The translations under genes were made by a program, and so were the position numbers. Below the pieces are notes generated by a model, which was not told the origin of the DNA, searched no databases, and worked only from the letters and a program-made list of their open reading frames with translations. This document shows positions 1 to 13,892 of a DNA stretch of 64,000 nucleotides, piece by piece. Location: the NCBI RefSeq assembly GCF_006345805.1, contig NC_043002.1:99138001-99202000 (forward strand). The letters run 5' to 3'. Each line of letters starts with the position of its first letter. Position 1 is the stretch's first letter. The stretch is from Octopus sinensis. Its lineage: Eukaryota.

Positions 1-143
1 ATACATAAATACATACACACATGCATACATAATACATACATACATACATACATACATACATACATACATACATACATACATACATAATACATACATACAT
101 ACATACATACATACATACATACATACATACATACATACATACA
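1..143. repeat. (TACA)n microsatellite
   Basis: Direct tandem repeat. Confidence 0.95.
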
Positions 144-149
144 TGTGTG

Positions 150-625
150 TCCTCAATAGAGTGTCCTCAGAAATGACAAGTATAGTAATGAAGCTACCAT
201 CCTGAAGCATAGCCTCTGGTGGTCAGGACATGTCACTAGAATGACCCCTCCAAGATTCCACAAAACTCGTCGATGGTAAGCGATATCGAGGAACCACAGA
301 ACGCAGATTAAAAGAACAACTGAAGTCTGTCCTCCCTCAAGCCGGCATCAACCGTAACACCTGGGAAACAGAAGTCGCCAACTGTCCATCCTGGCGAAGG
401 GCAATTCATCTCGGCTCTTTTACTTTTGAGGAGAAGAGAATAATTGACAAAGAAGCAAGACGGCAACGCAAGTCCTGGCTACTCCAACAAAGCCCATCGC
501 CCTCCCTACCATGCCATCAATGGCCGAGATTGCTCCATTCCAGACTTGGCCGTCTGAGCCATGTCAATTTTAAGCATCATGGAGGTACTAGATGAACCAA
601 AATCGGACTCGAGTGGTGCTGATGA
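150..625 (+). mobile_element. RTE-clade LINE 3' fragment (decayed ORF C-terminus)
   Basis: Frame from 190 reads EATILKHSLWWSGHVTRM (RTE-type LRWxGHVxRM), then GINRNTWETEVANCPSWR and a degenerate C-x2-C..SRLG..SH terminal finger. Confidence 0.8.
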
Positions 626-807
626 AGATATTAATATAGGGAGGGGGAAGGCTAATATCTTAAGACTATAATAATGCACTGTAATATATAATTTTACAAG
701 TTATATAAATCAGACCGATTTTGATCATTTTCGTCTTTCAATTTAATATAATAAATTGAATATAGTATATATAATGTGTAATGCTTCATATCAAATGTAT
801 GTGCGTC

Positions 808-816
808 TATCTATCC

Positions 817-912
<96 letters not shown>

Positions 913-963
913 GTCTGTCTGTCTGTCTGTATGTATGTCTGTCTGTCTGCCCATCTATCTATC
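808..963. repeat. (TCTA)n/(TCTG)n microsatellite
   Basis: Direct tandem repeat. Confidence 0.95.
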
Positions 964-1458
964 AAGAGTAGAGAGGGAAGTTTTGTCTAGTGAATGTTTA
1001 AAAAAAAAGAGATGTATGTATGTAAGAAGGAGGGCAAACTGTGAATGACGGAGCCAGCTTTAGCACAATCCTATGAACCAAAAGAAACAAAAAAGCGAAA
1101 GGAAAAAGAGACAAACTTCCTGTAATGTGTTTTCTTTTGCATGACACTATTGCTCAAGGTTCCCGTGGTCTTTTCTGTAGGCTTTTCTATCCACGGACAA
1201 ACCTAATCTGTTTTCCCTTTTTACATTGACCTTTCTGTGGTACAAGATCTCTATTGATCGGCCCCACCTTTTTTTCACGACCCCTTTGATCGCGATTCCC
1301 TCCTTTTTTTTCACGACCCCTTTTGATTGGAATTCGCCCCTCTTCCCCACCCTCCTTTTCTTCTTCCCAAAAAGAAAACCTCTACTTTATATTTTGTCCC
1401 TTCTGTGTTTAGCTTTGCGTAACCAATAAAGAAATCTATCTACCTATCTATCTATCTA
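964..1458 (+). mobile_element. 5'-truncated Tx1/L1-like LINE (end of ORF2, 3'UTR, (TCTA)n tail), same family as 32687-33753
   Basis: RVEREVLSSEC...NDGASFSTIL* (stop 1074-1076) matches RVERQVLSSEY...NDEATLSMIL* of the 33 kb copy; the 3'UTR block ggttcccgtggtcttttctgtaggcttttctatccacgg is shared; AATAAA at 1425-1430 is followed by TCTA repeats. Confidence 0.85.
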
Positions 1459-1518
1459 AACACATGCAAATACATAGACCTATATGCATATATATATATA
1501 TATGACTATATAAAATGA

Positions 1519-1520
<2 letters not shown>

Positions 1521-1596
<76 letters not shown>

Positions 1597-1597
1597 G
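1521..1597. repeat. (GT)n(GA)n microsatellite
   Basis: Direct tandem repeat. Confidence 0.95.
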
Positions 1598-2623
1598 TAA
1601 ATATCAACGTGAAACTTAAACAGAATTTTCATTTTCTCATAGATAAACGTGCAAGTGATATTTGAGTCGAACATAGACTGAATAAGTTTATTTCTTGGTG
1701 AAAATTCATTAGCCAGTGTTGAATACATTCATCAAATTGCTATCACAAAGAAAAGAAAACTAAACTACATATGAGAATACTGTAAGATAATACAATGATT
1801 GACGTATGTAAATCAATTGAAATAACTTACTTCACATGTTTCTAGTCTCTTGACAGGATGGTACTAGGTTCCATTTCTCAGAGTGTTAATCATGTATTAT
1901 ATATGCATACATGAATGAAAATGACAGGTGGATTAATCGATTCATCAGTGGTTTCATGGTATTGTCAGTTCATTCATTTAGGATGGAACGAATTGTATTC
2001 ATTATTGTGTGTTACTAAAATACGGTTGTATATGACATTTAGCCGTGTTTTAGCAATCAATTTCATTGTTTTCTATCTTGACGTTCGAAAGTTCTTTTGT
2101 AATTACTTTTTACTACTATACCGTTGCTAACTATAAATTAGTAACTAAGAATTTATTGCGAGAAAATACTGTCTTAATGACTTAGTCTTATTACATGGGA
2201 GTCACAGTTGTCATATTATACAACGATGCTTGGTGTTTAAGGTTGTTCGGCTCATGATCAACAATAAGATTTCGAGTTCAATTGTCGGATCAGGGAAAAA
2301 CGTGTGCTTTAAGAAGGCAGCTCATATCAAGTCGCTTAAGTAGTGAGTACCAAACACGTATTAGAGTAGTCCTCTCCCACTCTGTGTCCCTTATCCTGAA
2401 GGTTCCATGGCAGTCAGAATTGAGGCTGCCTCGGTGGCATCTATGTTTGCTCTCGACTTTTCTAACAATTCCTTTAATTCAATAATGAAAACATTACATC
2501 ATCGTAAAGAAAACGTTGTCGTCAGATGAAATCATGATCTTAAAAAGAGAGGACAATCAAAATGATTTAACATAGTCTACAATCCACGGCACAAAATACA
2601 TTTACAGTGATTCTGGTACTATT

Positions 2624-2685
2624 TGAGTCTGATGAAATGTTATTATGAATCAATTAAAGGAATCATTTGAAACGGCCGTAATCGA
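2624..2685 (+). ncRNA. Degenerate minimal type I hammerhead ribozyme motif
   Basis: CTGATGA 2629-2635, helix II aatg..catt, GAAA 2669-2672, palindromic helix III ACGGCCGT, GTA triplet; helix I is weak. Confidence 0.55.
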
Positions 2686-3959
2686 TTGACACCAGTACCT
2701 CTATTGTTACTCATATACATTTTATCCCCCTATCTCGAAATCTGGCCGTCGTAAATATTATGGACCGTATATTTAATATAATGTACATGTCTGAATATTT
2801 CAACAGCGGATTTCTTCACTCAGGTGGGCCTAATTGTCTACATGCACTGCAAGAATATTATTCCGACCTAACGAGGTGCCTATACATACATACATACATA
2901 CATACTTACATACATGAATACATAAATACATACATACATACACACACACGCACACACTATATATATATATATATATATACAAGCTGAATAGCCTGTCATT
3001 GCCGGGCAATTTTTACAATAGAATGTCATGTAGCGTTTTGTTTATTCCATGTCAGACCATGCCTTCCCCGATACAAATAGGCCTCTTGATGAAGACAGAT
3101 TTGTGCAACTTTTCGCAAAAAACTTCGTCGGGGATTTTTTTCTTTTTTTTAAGCTATATACATGTCTGTTCAACACTTCCACGAGACTTTAGTCATTAAA
3201 ACTTCTTAAAACTTCAGAAGTACTTACAACTATGGTCGACATAATGGTTTGCTTTCGTTTGTTTAATAAAAATTCCTCCTCGTGATCATTTTGCTATCAT
3301 GCAAGAAATGCCAGGTTCCAAATCCTGTTTTCTGATTAGGTAAAATTGATTAAAATTTAAACACCAGTAATATTTTTCTGCAATGTTTCCCTAACTGATA
3401 AATAGCAAAATCATTAAAATTTTGAAATTTCACAATATGTGACAGCAACAGAGAAGAACATCCAAAAGTAGAAAGACACCCAGTTATAGGACGTGACACA
3501 TACACACATACACACACATTTACAAAAGTACATAGGTAATAAAGAGTTTAAAATGGTGTATAGTAGACATATGTATGTATCTATATATATATATGTATGT
3601 GTGTGTGTTTGTGTGTGAGTGTTTCTTTGCGGTGGACAGCAGTAGAGCCACCTACCCCCTTCTCACGTTAAAGCTACGTATTCCTCACAACACCTTTCTT
3701 TCTCTTCCTCGGCGTTTTAAAAGTAGTTGTGTGTATATGCATGTGTGTGTGTATGTTTGCAGGTATCTATGTATGCATGGATCTATGTATTTACAAAAGC
3801 ATGCATGTAGCGTCGCGTGTATATCCAGCTGTATTAACTTTAACATCTCACTGCCACACCATATTTGTTGCTTACACAACGCTGTTCTCGCCTTCCCTGA
3901 TATCAGTCACACTCACTATGCAACGACATTTCCCTAACACTAACACTCTTTGCACCATT

Positions 3960-4146
3960 CTCATGTTATGAAATAATAGCCCAAACTCCCTAATGATCTC
4001 ATTATAAGTTTTTATTGATCCACTTCGCCTGTAATTGAACTGGTGTTACTTTAACATGTATGCAAAGTTTCGTCAAGATTGGTTCACTGGTGTAGGCAGC
4101 AAGATGGTATCAGACAGACCGAGTGTGCGAGTATTTCTAGGATATA
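3960..4146. mobile_element. Possible non-autonomous Helentron/Helitron-like end
   Basis: gcaaagtttcgtcaagattggttcactggtgtagg...cagacagac resembles the subterminal pattern of DINE/HINE-type elements; the resemblance is from memory only. Confidence 0.3.
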
Positions 4147-4871
4147 CCTCTGTGTGTTTTTGTTTCGTGTCTTATCAATTTGATTTGTTTACGTTCCTTT
4201 AGTTAAACTTTTAGGCAAATAGAAAGTGATAGAATAATTACACTATTAACAGACTTTATCAAAAAGAGTAGTGGAGTCAATTTGACCGATATAACTCTTC
4301 AAGGCGGTGTCTCAGCATAGTTGCCTTTTTGTGACTGAAACACGTGGAAACCATTAAAAAAGTTGAAGGTGGAGGATAAGTTTTAAAATTTGAGAATTGG
4401 TATCTAACATGGAAGAGACAACTGTGTATCTATTTCGAATTGTCTTGCATAGTATCTTTCTGATATAGTCACAGAGACGCTCTCGTAACATTCAGCATAT
4501 TTTCTGTGCTTTTAGAACTAGCGGTGCTCATCCTTCACCAACTCTCAATACTGAGGATTTTTTTCCAGAAAGCAGAGATATAAAGAGAGGGGATAGAGAA
4601 GAACCGACATGAGTGTTGGGCTAGTACTTTATTTAACGAAAGGGAATTTTGAATGTTGGTATTTGAACTCAGATCGCAGCCAGCCCCATTCTATTCGCCA
4701 AGCTATCTACCCGACGCTTTAATGATTCCGCCAACTAATTGCCTATCTTAGCATAGTGTAGTCGATTGTAGTTGTCATATTGAAGTAACAGATGCTTATA
4801 TGTACAGAAGAAGTGTTAGGAATAATGTCTGGCCAGAATACTTTTGGAAATATTTTATCTTTTACCTTTTA

Positions 4872-5097
4872 TCTCTTAACTGTTTCAGTCATTAGACTGC
4901 GGTCATGCTGGGGCACTACCTTGAATTTTTAGTTCAAGGAATCGACCTCAGTACTTTTCTTTTAAGCTTAGTACTTATTCTATTATCTATTTTGCTGAAT
5001 CGTTAAGTTACAAATACCATTCAAAATTACAGGGACGTAAACACACCCTCACCAGATGTCAAATGGTGAAGGAGAGAAACACACACGCACACAAACG

Positions 5098-5129
<32 letters not shown>

Positions 5130-5287
5130 CTACGGGTTTCTTTCAGTTTCTGTCTACCAATTCCACTCACAAATCTTTGGTCTGTCAAAGTCGATAGTAG
5201 AAGACTCTTGCGTAAGTTGCCGCGCAGTGGAACTGAACCCAGAACCATGTGGTTCGGAAGCAAGCTTCTTGCCACACGGCCATTCCT
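4872..5287 (-). mobile_element. tRNA-derived SINE family A
   Basis: Reverse complement of the family at 55133-55552 (head gtggcaagaagcttgcttccgaaccacatggttctgggttcagttcc, tail gactgaaacag). Confidence 0.85.
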
Positions 5288-5427
5288 TCACCTTATACTT
5301 AATTATCCTGTAGATATCCTATATAACCTCTCACAGTTGTCGGCACTGAACAGGCAAAGAAAAATATTTGAGTAACGGTATTGCATGATGAATAGATGAA
5401 ATCATTTTCGAACAAATAAAGCAACCA

Positions 5428-5735
5428 GTGTGGAGATGCAATGGCCCAATGGTTAGGGCAGCGGACTCGCGGTCGGAGGATCACGATTTCGATTCCCAAA
5501 CCGGGCGTTGTGTGTGTTTATTGAGCGAAAACACCTAAACGCTCCACGAGGCTCCGGAAGGGAGTGGTGGCGACCCCTGTTGTACTCTTTCGCCATAGTT
5601 CTCTCTCACTCTCTCTTCCTGTTTCTTGAGTAACGCTGCGATGGACTGGCGCCTCATCCAACTGTGGGGAACACATACACCACAGAAACCGGGAAACCGG
5701 GCCCATGAGTTTGGCTAGGCTTGAAAAGGACGAAA
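5428..5735 (+). mobile_element. tRNA(Arg-like)-derived SINE, family B head with an alternative body
   Basis: A box tggcccaatggttagg, ggactcgcggtc arm, B box gtttcgattccc-like; the body is shared with 6256-6456. Confidence 0.8.
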
Positions 5736-6255
5736 AAATAGCATCCAGTAGTAAATTTAGTGAACCATTAACAATGTGAAAATATTTACTACTGTCTCAC
5801 TTTTGTATATTTTAATTCAAGACCTTTGAAAAGATTACATACTGTTCAAGCAATGATTAAAATCTGATTAAATGCTGATTAACTATGATGACATTTAAAA
5901 TAGACACTGCTTTTGTAGCCAGTGTCAGTTACTAGGCTTCTAGACTAAAATATTTCTGGTTGACAGCTGTAATATTCCCCTGTAATCTCCTCTGTGGACA
6001 TTCTGCCACTTATGTTTTGAAATGTATTGACTAACCAATCAAGTGGAATAGAATGTCACATTTTGTAATTTTTTTTCGTAAAATAATTTGAAACCACTTT
6101 CAAATTATGTATTTGTAGCAAGATGTAAAAGACAAATAACTTCAAAATGATGAGAATGTCGCATATTCCTGATGCTATTTTTTAAACTGACTGAAGTTAA
6201 ATATAATTTTCTGTCGATACAGTACCGTATAAAGTATCTGCTATATTCCGGTAGT

Positions 6256-6456
6256 GTGGAGGCGCGTGGGCGACGCGTTGTATTCTTGAGCAAAACACTT
6301 CATTTCACTTTGTTCCAGTTCACTCAGCTGGCAGAAATGAGTAACGCTGCGATGGACTGGCGTTCCGTCCAGCTGGGGAACACATACGCCATTGAAACCG
6401 GGAAACCGGCCCCATGAGCCTCTTGCTAGGCTTTAAAAGGGCGCATTTATTTTTAT
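6256..6456 (+). mobile_element. Internally deleted SINE with 14-bp TSD
   Basis: TSD tatattccggtagt at 6242-6255 and 6457-6470; body taacgctgcgatggactggcg...gaaaccgggaaaccggcccatgag is shared with 5630-5720. Confidence 0.8.
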
Positions 6457-6494
6457 TATATTCCGGTAGTACTATATTCAGCCAGTGTTAATAT

Positions 6495-7117
6495 TGGTTT
6501 CAAATCTGACACGCGGTCATAAATTTTAGGGGAGGAGTAAGTCGATTATATCGACCCCAATGCTCAATTTTTCTGTATTGAGCTGAAAGGTTGAAAGGTG
6601 GAGTCGACCAGGGCGGAATTTGAGCTCAAAACATCAAGACGGACGAAATACCTATTTCAATTTCTTTACTACCCACAAGGGGCTAAACTCAGAGAGGACA
6701 AACAAGGACAGACAAACGGATTAAGTCGATTATATCGACCCCAGTGCGTAACTAGTACTTATTTAATCAACCCCGAAAGGATGAAAGGCAAAGTCGACCT
6801 CGGCGAAATTTGAACTCAGAACGTAGCGGCAGACGAAATACCACTAAGCATTTTGCTCGGCGTGCTAACGATTGTGGAAAGACACCATCTTTAGTAGTGT
6901 TAACACTGGTTTTAAATTTTGGCAGATGGCCAGCAAGTTCGGGGGTGGGGCTAGATCGATTAAATCGTCCCCATTGCTCAAATGGAACTTATTTTATCAG
7001 CACCTAAAATATCAAACGTTAAGTTGACCTCAGGGGAATTTGAACTTAGAACGTGAAGACGGGCTAAATGTCGCTAAGCATTTTTTCGTCATGCTAACGA
7101 TTCCAACTGCTCGCCGC
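6495..7117 (-). mobile_element. Cluster of about 3 nested or tandem SINE family C copies
   Basis: Recurrent gtcgattatatcgacccc...gaaaggatgaaaggcaaagtcgacctcggcgaaatttgaactcagaacg, as at 44780-45194. Confidence 0.8.
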
Positions 7118-7439
7118 TCTCACATGTATGAATATTAACGGTGATATTATAATGGCGATAATTTGTGTCGCGGACCTAAGAATATTCTGATTTGAAATAT
7201 TGCCGGGGTATCCTTGTCTTTATTCTTTAAGGGGTCTTTACAATAAATGCAAGCTGAGTACCACGGTAGATTTAGTATACCATTCTGATTCCTTGCATTT
7301 GAGGTCTTGTGGTTATATGTGCATCCACGTTTGCGGTATACCTAAAAAAAGTTACTGCTTCCATTACATGTTACAATTCAAACAACCTTAACAACTGAAA
7401 TAAATCAAAGGCGTAATCCAGATCGTTAACTTAAGATCG

Positions 7440-7529
7440 TTGACAAGAGCGAGAAAAAAAACATCAAAACGTCAATAGCTTATGCTCCATAGTGACCCAA
7501 GGTCTGAAGAATAAACATATATACATACA

Positions 7530-7562
<33 letters not shown>

Positions 7563-7564
7563 GC

Positions 7565-7600
<36 letters not shown>
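7440..7600 (+). repeat. Local duplicate, copy 1 (copy 2 at 9838-9995)
   Basis: ttgacaagagcgagaaaaaaaac..gtgacccaaggtctgaagaataaacatata plus a compound microsatellite occurs twice. Confidence 0.85.
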
Positions 7601-8640
7601 TTTAATTGTATATATCTAACTATAAATAAGAACAAATATAAACGTGTATTTTTCATTGATGTCTGTAAATGAATTTTAAGACACAAGCGTTATTATAAGT
7701 GCAGTTAGTGAGAATCGATAAAAACGCAAGCTAAATACCTTGCGGTGTTCGTATTTGCACAGTTCGAGTTCACATCACGTGGTGGTCCACTTTGGTGCAC
7801 ATTTCTGCAGAGTTTGAAAAAATAAGTACCAGTATAGTAACTAAATATAGCCACCCATGTAACTGAAACTGTGCTTATGTGAGAATTCAAAATCACGGCC
7901 CAACGAGAACAGCAGAAGCAAAAAAAAGAAAAGAAGAAACAGAACAAACACACAAAAACAAAAAAAAACAGGGCATGACTAAATAGAATGACAAATATAA
8001 TGTTGATGCTCAACTTGACACTTTGCAGTAACTTGACATTTTATATTCGCGTCTTTCAACAAGATCATGACTCATGTGTGTTGTACGGATAGCTTGGTAT
8101 AAGGATCTCATTTACTGTAAATTCTATCTGCAGCGCTTATCGCTCGTGTCCTCTGATCAGAAGTCCTCATGCATATTAATAATTCTGTGCATTCTAGCTT
8201 ACATAATAATAATAATAATATGCAGTAAAATAATAATATAAAAGAAAGTTCTGGATCCTTTGAGAAAAAAAAAACAAGCAGAAAATATCAACAATTTGTA
8301 ATACAGTGGAGATATTTTAAATTAATGACTCCTCATTTTGCATCTACGTAAGGAATACGGTGGTTTATTTCAGAAACTCAAAAGATGATTGGATAATGAG
8401 TGCGTCATCTTTCTATTGGTAGCCAGCTCCAGTTTCGTTTTCTTCTGATAAATATAGAGTTGTATTCAAGCTGGCTTTTCTCAAACGCATTTTTGAAATA
8501 GAATTTATATTTGCAGCACTTGTAAATGATTTCTGTCATAAGAAGAATAGTCTGCGGTTAAGATACGACCAAATGAGACAGATGTATTCATGTGGTCTAC
8601 TTAGTTGTTGCTATTATTGTAGTTTAACTATGACCTCGTA

Positions 8641-9022
8641 GGAGCACTCCGTCGGTTACGACGATGAGGGTCACAGCTGATACGATCAACAGAACAGCTT
8701 GCTCGAGGAATTAACGTGCAAGTGGCTGAGCATTCCACAGACACTTGTACCCTTAACGTAGTTCTCGAGGAGATTCAGCGTGACACAGAGTGTGACAAGG
8801 CCGGCCCTTTGAAATACAGGTACAACAGAAACAGGAAGAAAGAGTGAGAGAAAGTTGTGGTGAAAGAGTACAGCAGGGTTCACCAGCACCCCCTGCAGGA
8901 GCCTTGTGAAGCTTTTAGGTGTTTTCGTTCAATAAACACTCACAATGCCCGGTCTGGGAATCGAAACCGCGATTCTACGACCGCGAGTCCGCTGCCCTAA
9001 CCACTGGGCCATTGCGCCTCCA
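8641..9022 (-). mobile_element. tRNA-derived SINE family B, full length
   Basis: Near-identical to 15865-16246 and 23149-23538; TSD aactatga(c/t)ct at 8626-8636 and 9024-9034. Confidence 0.9.
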
Positions 9023-9837
9023 CAACTATGATCTAATGGTCCTGCGCGAGAATCTCTTCCAGATGTTATCATCCACTCGTTTTTGCTACTGGGCATAGTT
9101 TATCTACAACAACGTGAATCCATTTATGAGAAAGAAGTGAATTCTGAGGAGATTTGGCTATTTCTGGTATTTTTACTGACTACGATTACCACTTGTCATG
9201 AGGCTGATGTCATCCCTATGAATGACTGTTGCTTTTGACTCAAATAGAAGACACAAGACTTTGTTTATATTCCTACTAGGCTTACACTTGATCATCGACA
9301 TGTTTTCTTCAAAGTAACGTTATTTACAAAGCAATTGAAAGATGCTGTAGTGTTTCAAATCATTTTCTGTGGCCTGGCCATCATACACAATTAAATGCGG
9401 CTGAAATCATACGGTAAACAACTTCCACAAAGCCTGAGAGTGCATGCACGATAGGAACCAAGAAACATATTTCAGAGTGGAATACAGGATTCAAAGAAAA
9501 TCATTCAATATACCATGCCAGACAAACAAGAAATTACTTCATATATATAATTTTAAATTCGTGTTACCAATTAAGATATATAAATAATAAAGCAATATAG
9601 AGGAGCTTCCGGTAGTTACAATTCCCTATGGCTGTTATTACTTCAATTTTATGCGATGCTTGTTAGAATTAATTGAGCGCAGGACAAAACGTCCAGTCGA
9701 GCTTCGTTATGTCACCTTATATTTTGAGCTCAAGACATTTTTGCTCGCCTCTTACTATATATATAAAATCCGAAAGACACAAAAAACTACTAGGCCGATA
9801 AAGTTCGGACCCAACTGGTGAAAAGCAGGAAAAAAGT

Positions 9838-9995
9838 TGACAAGAGCGAGAAAAAAAACGTCAAAACGTCAATAGCTTATGCTCCATAGTGACCCAAGGT
9901 CTGAAGAATAAACATATATACCTACATACATACATACATACATACATATATGCTTACACACACACACCACACACACACACACACACAGATATATA
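9838..9995 (+). repeat. Local duplicate, copy 2
   Basis: Matches 7440-7600. Confidence 0.85.
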
Positions 9996-9999
9996 TATA

Positions 10000-10675
10000 T
10001 AATTATTAGCGACAGAAACAGTATTAATACCAAGGCAATCCTTATATCTGACTTTGGAATTGAGAAACCTTGAGAACTCCTCTCATATAGTCGCATGGTG
10101 CTTAAAAAGAAACTTATCGACAATATCGCGTTTTCTTTTATGTATCCTTTTATGCATCATGCCTCCATATGAAAGGACCTCTCAATGTGTATAACGAGGC
10201 ATTCGATGGTCTATCAAAGCAATTATTAGCAACAGAACTAGTATTGGTACAAAAAGCAATCTTTTTTTTTATCCAACTTAACGTAGGTATGTTGATGTTC
10301 TAGCAAAATACCTACGTTAAGTTGGATAAAAGATTGCATTTATGTATCAATACTAATTCTGCTGCTAATGATTTGTTTTAATAAACGTTTAGTTTATTTC
10401 TAACATTAGTGCCTGAATAGTGACTGCAATTCTATTTATCGTTGACAGTGAGGTTTGGCTAGTATACGGCGAGCGGACAGCTGTCAATGAAGAGACGAAG
10501 TGCGTCGAAATCCTGTGATCTATCAATCCAAGCGCTCAGAGCAGACGATTCTCGTCTGTCAACAATATAAATATATGTACTTTTCTGCACCATTCGTCCA
10601 TCTGTGATGTCTTCTCAAAGCAAGTACCACACTAGTCAGCGTTCGAACAAAACATCGACATTCAGTTGGATATAT
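10000..10675. mobile_element. Fold-back repeat with a decayed hammerhead motif (Penelope-pLTR-like)
   Basis: Inverted arms about 10222-10290 and 10307-10375 (ttttatccaacttaacgtaggtat/atacctacgttaagttggataaaa); aTGAAGA-gacg-aagtg-cgtc-GAAA-tcctgtga-TC at 10487-10520. Confidence 0.5.
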
Positions 10676-13099
10676 TTTAATAATTCAATCATTAGACTGC
10701 GGTCATGGTGGGGAACAGCCTTGAACAAACGTAAGTCGAGTGAATCGACCCTAGTATATACCGGTTAGTTTGAAAGTTGCTACATCATTGGAAGATTAGA
10801 GAGTGATAGATTTAATTCCGGCACTATTTGAACCTAAACTTTTAAAAATCGTGACTAATCATTGCAAAATATTTTAATTCACACTCAAACTATTCTGTAA
10901 ATCAACCACCATTTGTGTAGTGAAGTATTAATAGCTTTCTTCATATAGCTGATATGATGAAGGTCACGATCAAAAAATCGGATTCTTTGCAATTGTAATG
11001 GAGGATATCCTATCAATTTTTCTTATAACAGAAGTGGCTAAGGAAAATTAATTTAGTTAAGAATAAGAGAATCTGACAATTTCGATTGTATTCATAAATG
11101 AAACACATTACACGTTCCACTTAAATTTTCTACTCTGAGAATTCTCATCTGGCAATGTGTTCAATAAATTTGGAACGTCGCATCTAATGACACATGAATA
11201 ACAGACAAACTTAAGTGTTTATTACACGAACAGAGTTTCTAATGATGTATCTTTTTGATACTAGAATGATTTTAAGGAAAGAGATTTAGTGGACGCTAGT
11301 TGAGATATTAAATGGTTGTAAAGATATTGAATGTCAACTGCTATTATAGATTTAATCACAAAAGAAAACGACATTTTAATATAACTATGTTTTTCAGTAC
11401 ATACTATACAACGCTTCTTTATTTTGTATTATAATTTGGAATTTCAATTACTAGCTACGAAACACAAAACTCCATATCACCATTGTTTCCAAAGCGACAT
11501 GGGATATATCAATGTGTTATTTTAAACTGCATTTAAAAAGTTTAAATTTCTTATAGAACTTAGTAAACCATTGAGCCACAACTAAATACTGCATATTCAT
11601 ACTATCAGTGAAGAAATAGTCAAATTACTGTTCTCATCTTTTTACAGGTTATTGGCTATAATCTACTGGTATGTAGCTCCAAGTCAGCCTTCACCCCGCA
11701 GACCTGTGCAGAACCAAGACTACCTTGTTATTGAATATATTTCCCGTTGTATTATCCAATTTATCACATTTTTATCACATTTTTAAAGCTGTAAATTGTA
11801 ATTTGGTAGATATTTCGCCGCAATTTCTAGCCTGTGTAGGGAGTCTCTCGTCGGTTCGTGGATAGAATTTGTTGTTATCGGGAGAGAAAATGGTCGACCT
11901 TTGCCCATTTGGTTTGATAGCTATTCACTATGATTCTGTTGCTCGCACAATTTTATCATATAGTCGTAAGGAAAGGTAGAGCCATCTCGTAAAAAAACTA
12001 CTTTCAGTGTTTACAAAATGAAATAATTATGAGATTAGATATTAAATTTCTTGCCTTTTATAACAGACGAATATTGCCTGAAACAATTTTATCTATGGGT
12101 AGCAAATCAATAATTTACTTGTGTTTATTCAAGTTACAAAATAAAAGACGCCATAAATGTTTTAAAAATTCAGTCGGCTGAATTCTCCACCAGTGCGGCC
12201 GGATTACGTGCAACTGATATCCAATGCACCTCCCACTACATGCTTTTACCTCGAAACGTCTGTTGACTAGCTGACAATGATGTAAGGCATAAAACATGAG
12301 GAATATGAAATAATAGATTTTAAAGTTTTCTTTTGGGCCATACAATAAACCACATTCTTCAGTTTTTTCTCTCTCTCCCCTCTCGCTCTCTGTCTGTCTC
12401 TCTCTCTCTCTCTATCTATCTATCTGTCTATCTATCTATCTACCTATCTCTCTTTCTATCTATGTGTATGTGCTTGTGTGTCTGTGTGTGTGTGTTTGTG
12501 GGATTGTGTGTGCGTGTTTATTTAAATTAATTTGGCACTAAATAGTAGTAAATAAGCGTATTATTTGTATTTACTTAAATTTGGGGTAAATAGGAAAACG
12601 TGGCCAAAGTTTTAACTTTCATATTTATAGAAGAAAAATACAAATTAAAAATCCTTCTGCAGAAAATCATGTTGATCAAGTTTTGAAAAAAGAATTTCTG
12701 ATAATGAAATATTTGTGCGAAGCAAAATGTCTTCTGTTACATTGGATAGTCAACTATGGTCAAAGGTTTAATCTCACTCAATATTTAGATGATGGTCTTC
12801 AAGAATGGAAAATTATAGTAAAAGTATTTTTGATCTCACTGCGACGCACAATATGTTTCATTAGCGTTTATTGTTAAAAAAAGAGATACTATTTCACAAA
12901 TTACATAGATTGCGCACAGGTTGTATTTTTGTTGTAGAAGAAACAGATACTCTTTGACCGTCACTGAATAGAATAAAGAACTATACAAGAAAATGAAGAA
13001 ACGGAATAGATTTCATCTTTGTCCAACATCTATAAAAATATTTAGCAACATACATGCAACGCCATACAATTTATATACCATGACAACTTATAAATTCAC

Positions 13100-13660
13100 A
13101 AAAGGGAAATGATAGAGTTAGTTGATTATATCGATCGCAGTGTTCAACTGGTACTTATTTTATCGACCCCGAAGGATGAAAGGCTAAGTCAACAACGGCG
13201 GAATTTGTACTCAGAACATAGGCCTGAAGAAATGCCGCTAATCATTTTTACATGCTTGTTAACGATTTCCTCAGTTTTCCGCCTTATTATTGCTTCAAAG
13301 TTTTACAGAAATCTACCAGATTTGAGGGGAAATAATAGGTGAATACCATCGACCCTACTACTTGACTGACACGGTATTTTACCGAGTCCGAATGGATAAA
13401 AGGCTAAGTTTGACATAGGCAGTATTTGAACTCAGAACATAAATCAGGAAGAAATGCCAATATTGTCCAAGGAGTTAACAATTCTGCCAGCTCGTTGCCT
13501 TTATAATGGTTTTTAATTATGTTAAAAACCAGCAATTGATGGGAAGGAGTCAGTCGATTACACGGACCTCAATGCTTCGCTGGAACTTTATTCCATCGAC
13601 CCGAAAGTAAGAAAGACACAGTTGACCTAAGTGGTATTTCAACTTAGGACGCAAAGTGTT
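13100..13660 (-). mobile_element. Cluster of decayed SINE family C copies
   Basis: Repeated tactggtacttattttatcgacccc..ggatgaaagg..ttgaactcagaac motifs. Confidence 0.7.
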
Positions 13661-13892
13661 CGAAAAGCACTTAAAATGTTAAATGGTTGAAATCGTATGC
13701 GGACAGATGACTTCACTTACCTTTTTTTCTGTGAATCCATAAATAAATGTCAGTTATACATTTGTTCGTCTCTGTCGGTCTTCATTGCCTCTATTCCCTG
13801 AAATATATTTTTCATAATATGATCCCTGTCATTATTAACCAATGAGCCGTCGTGTTTTGAACTCAGTAACATATTATCTGAGGAAAGCTTCT

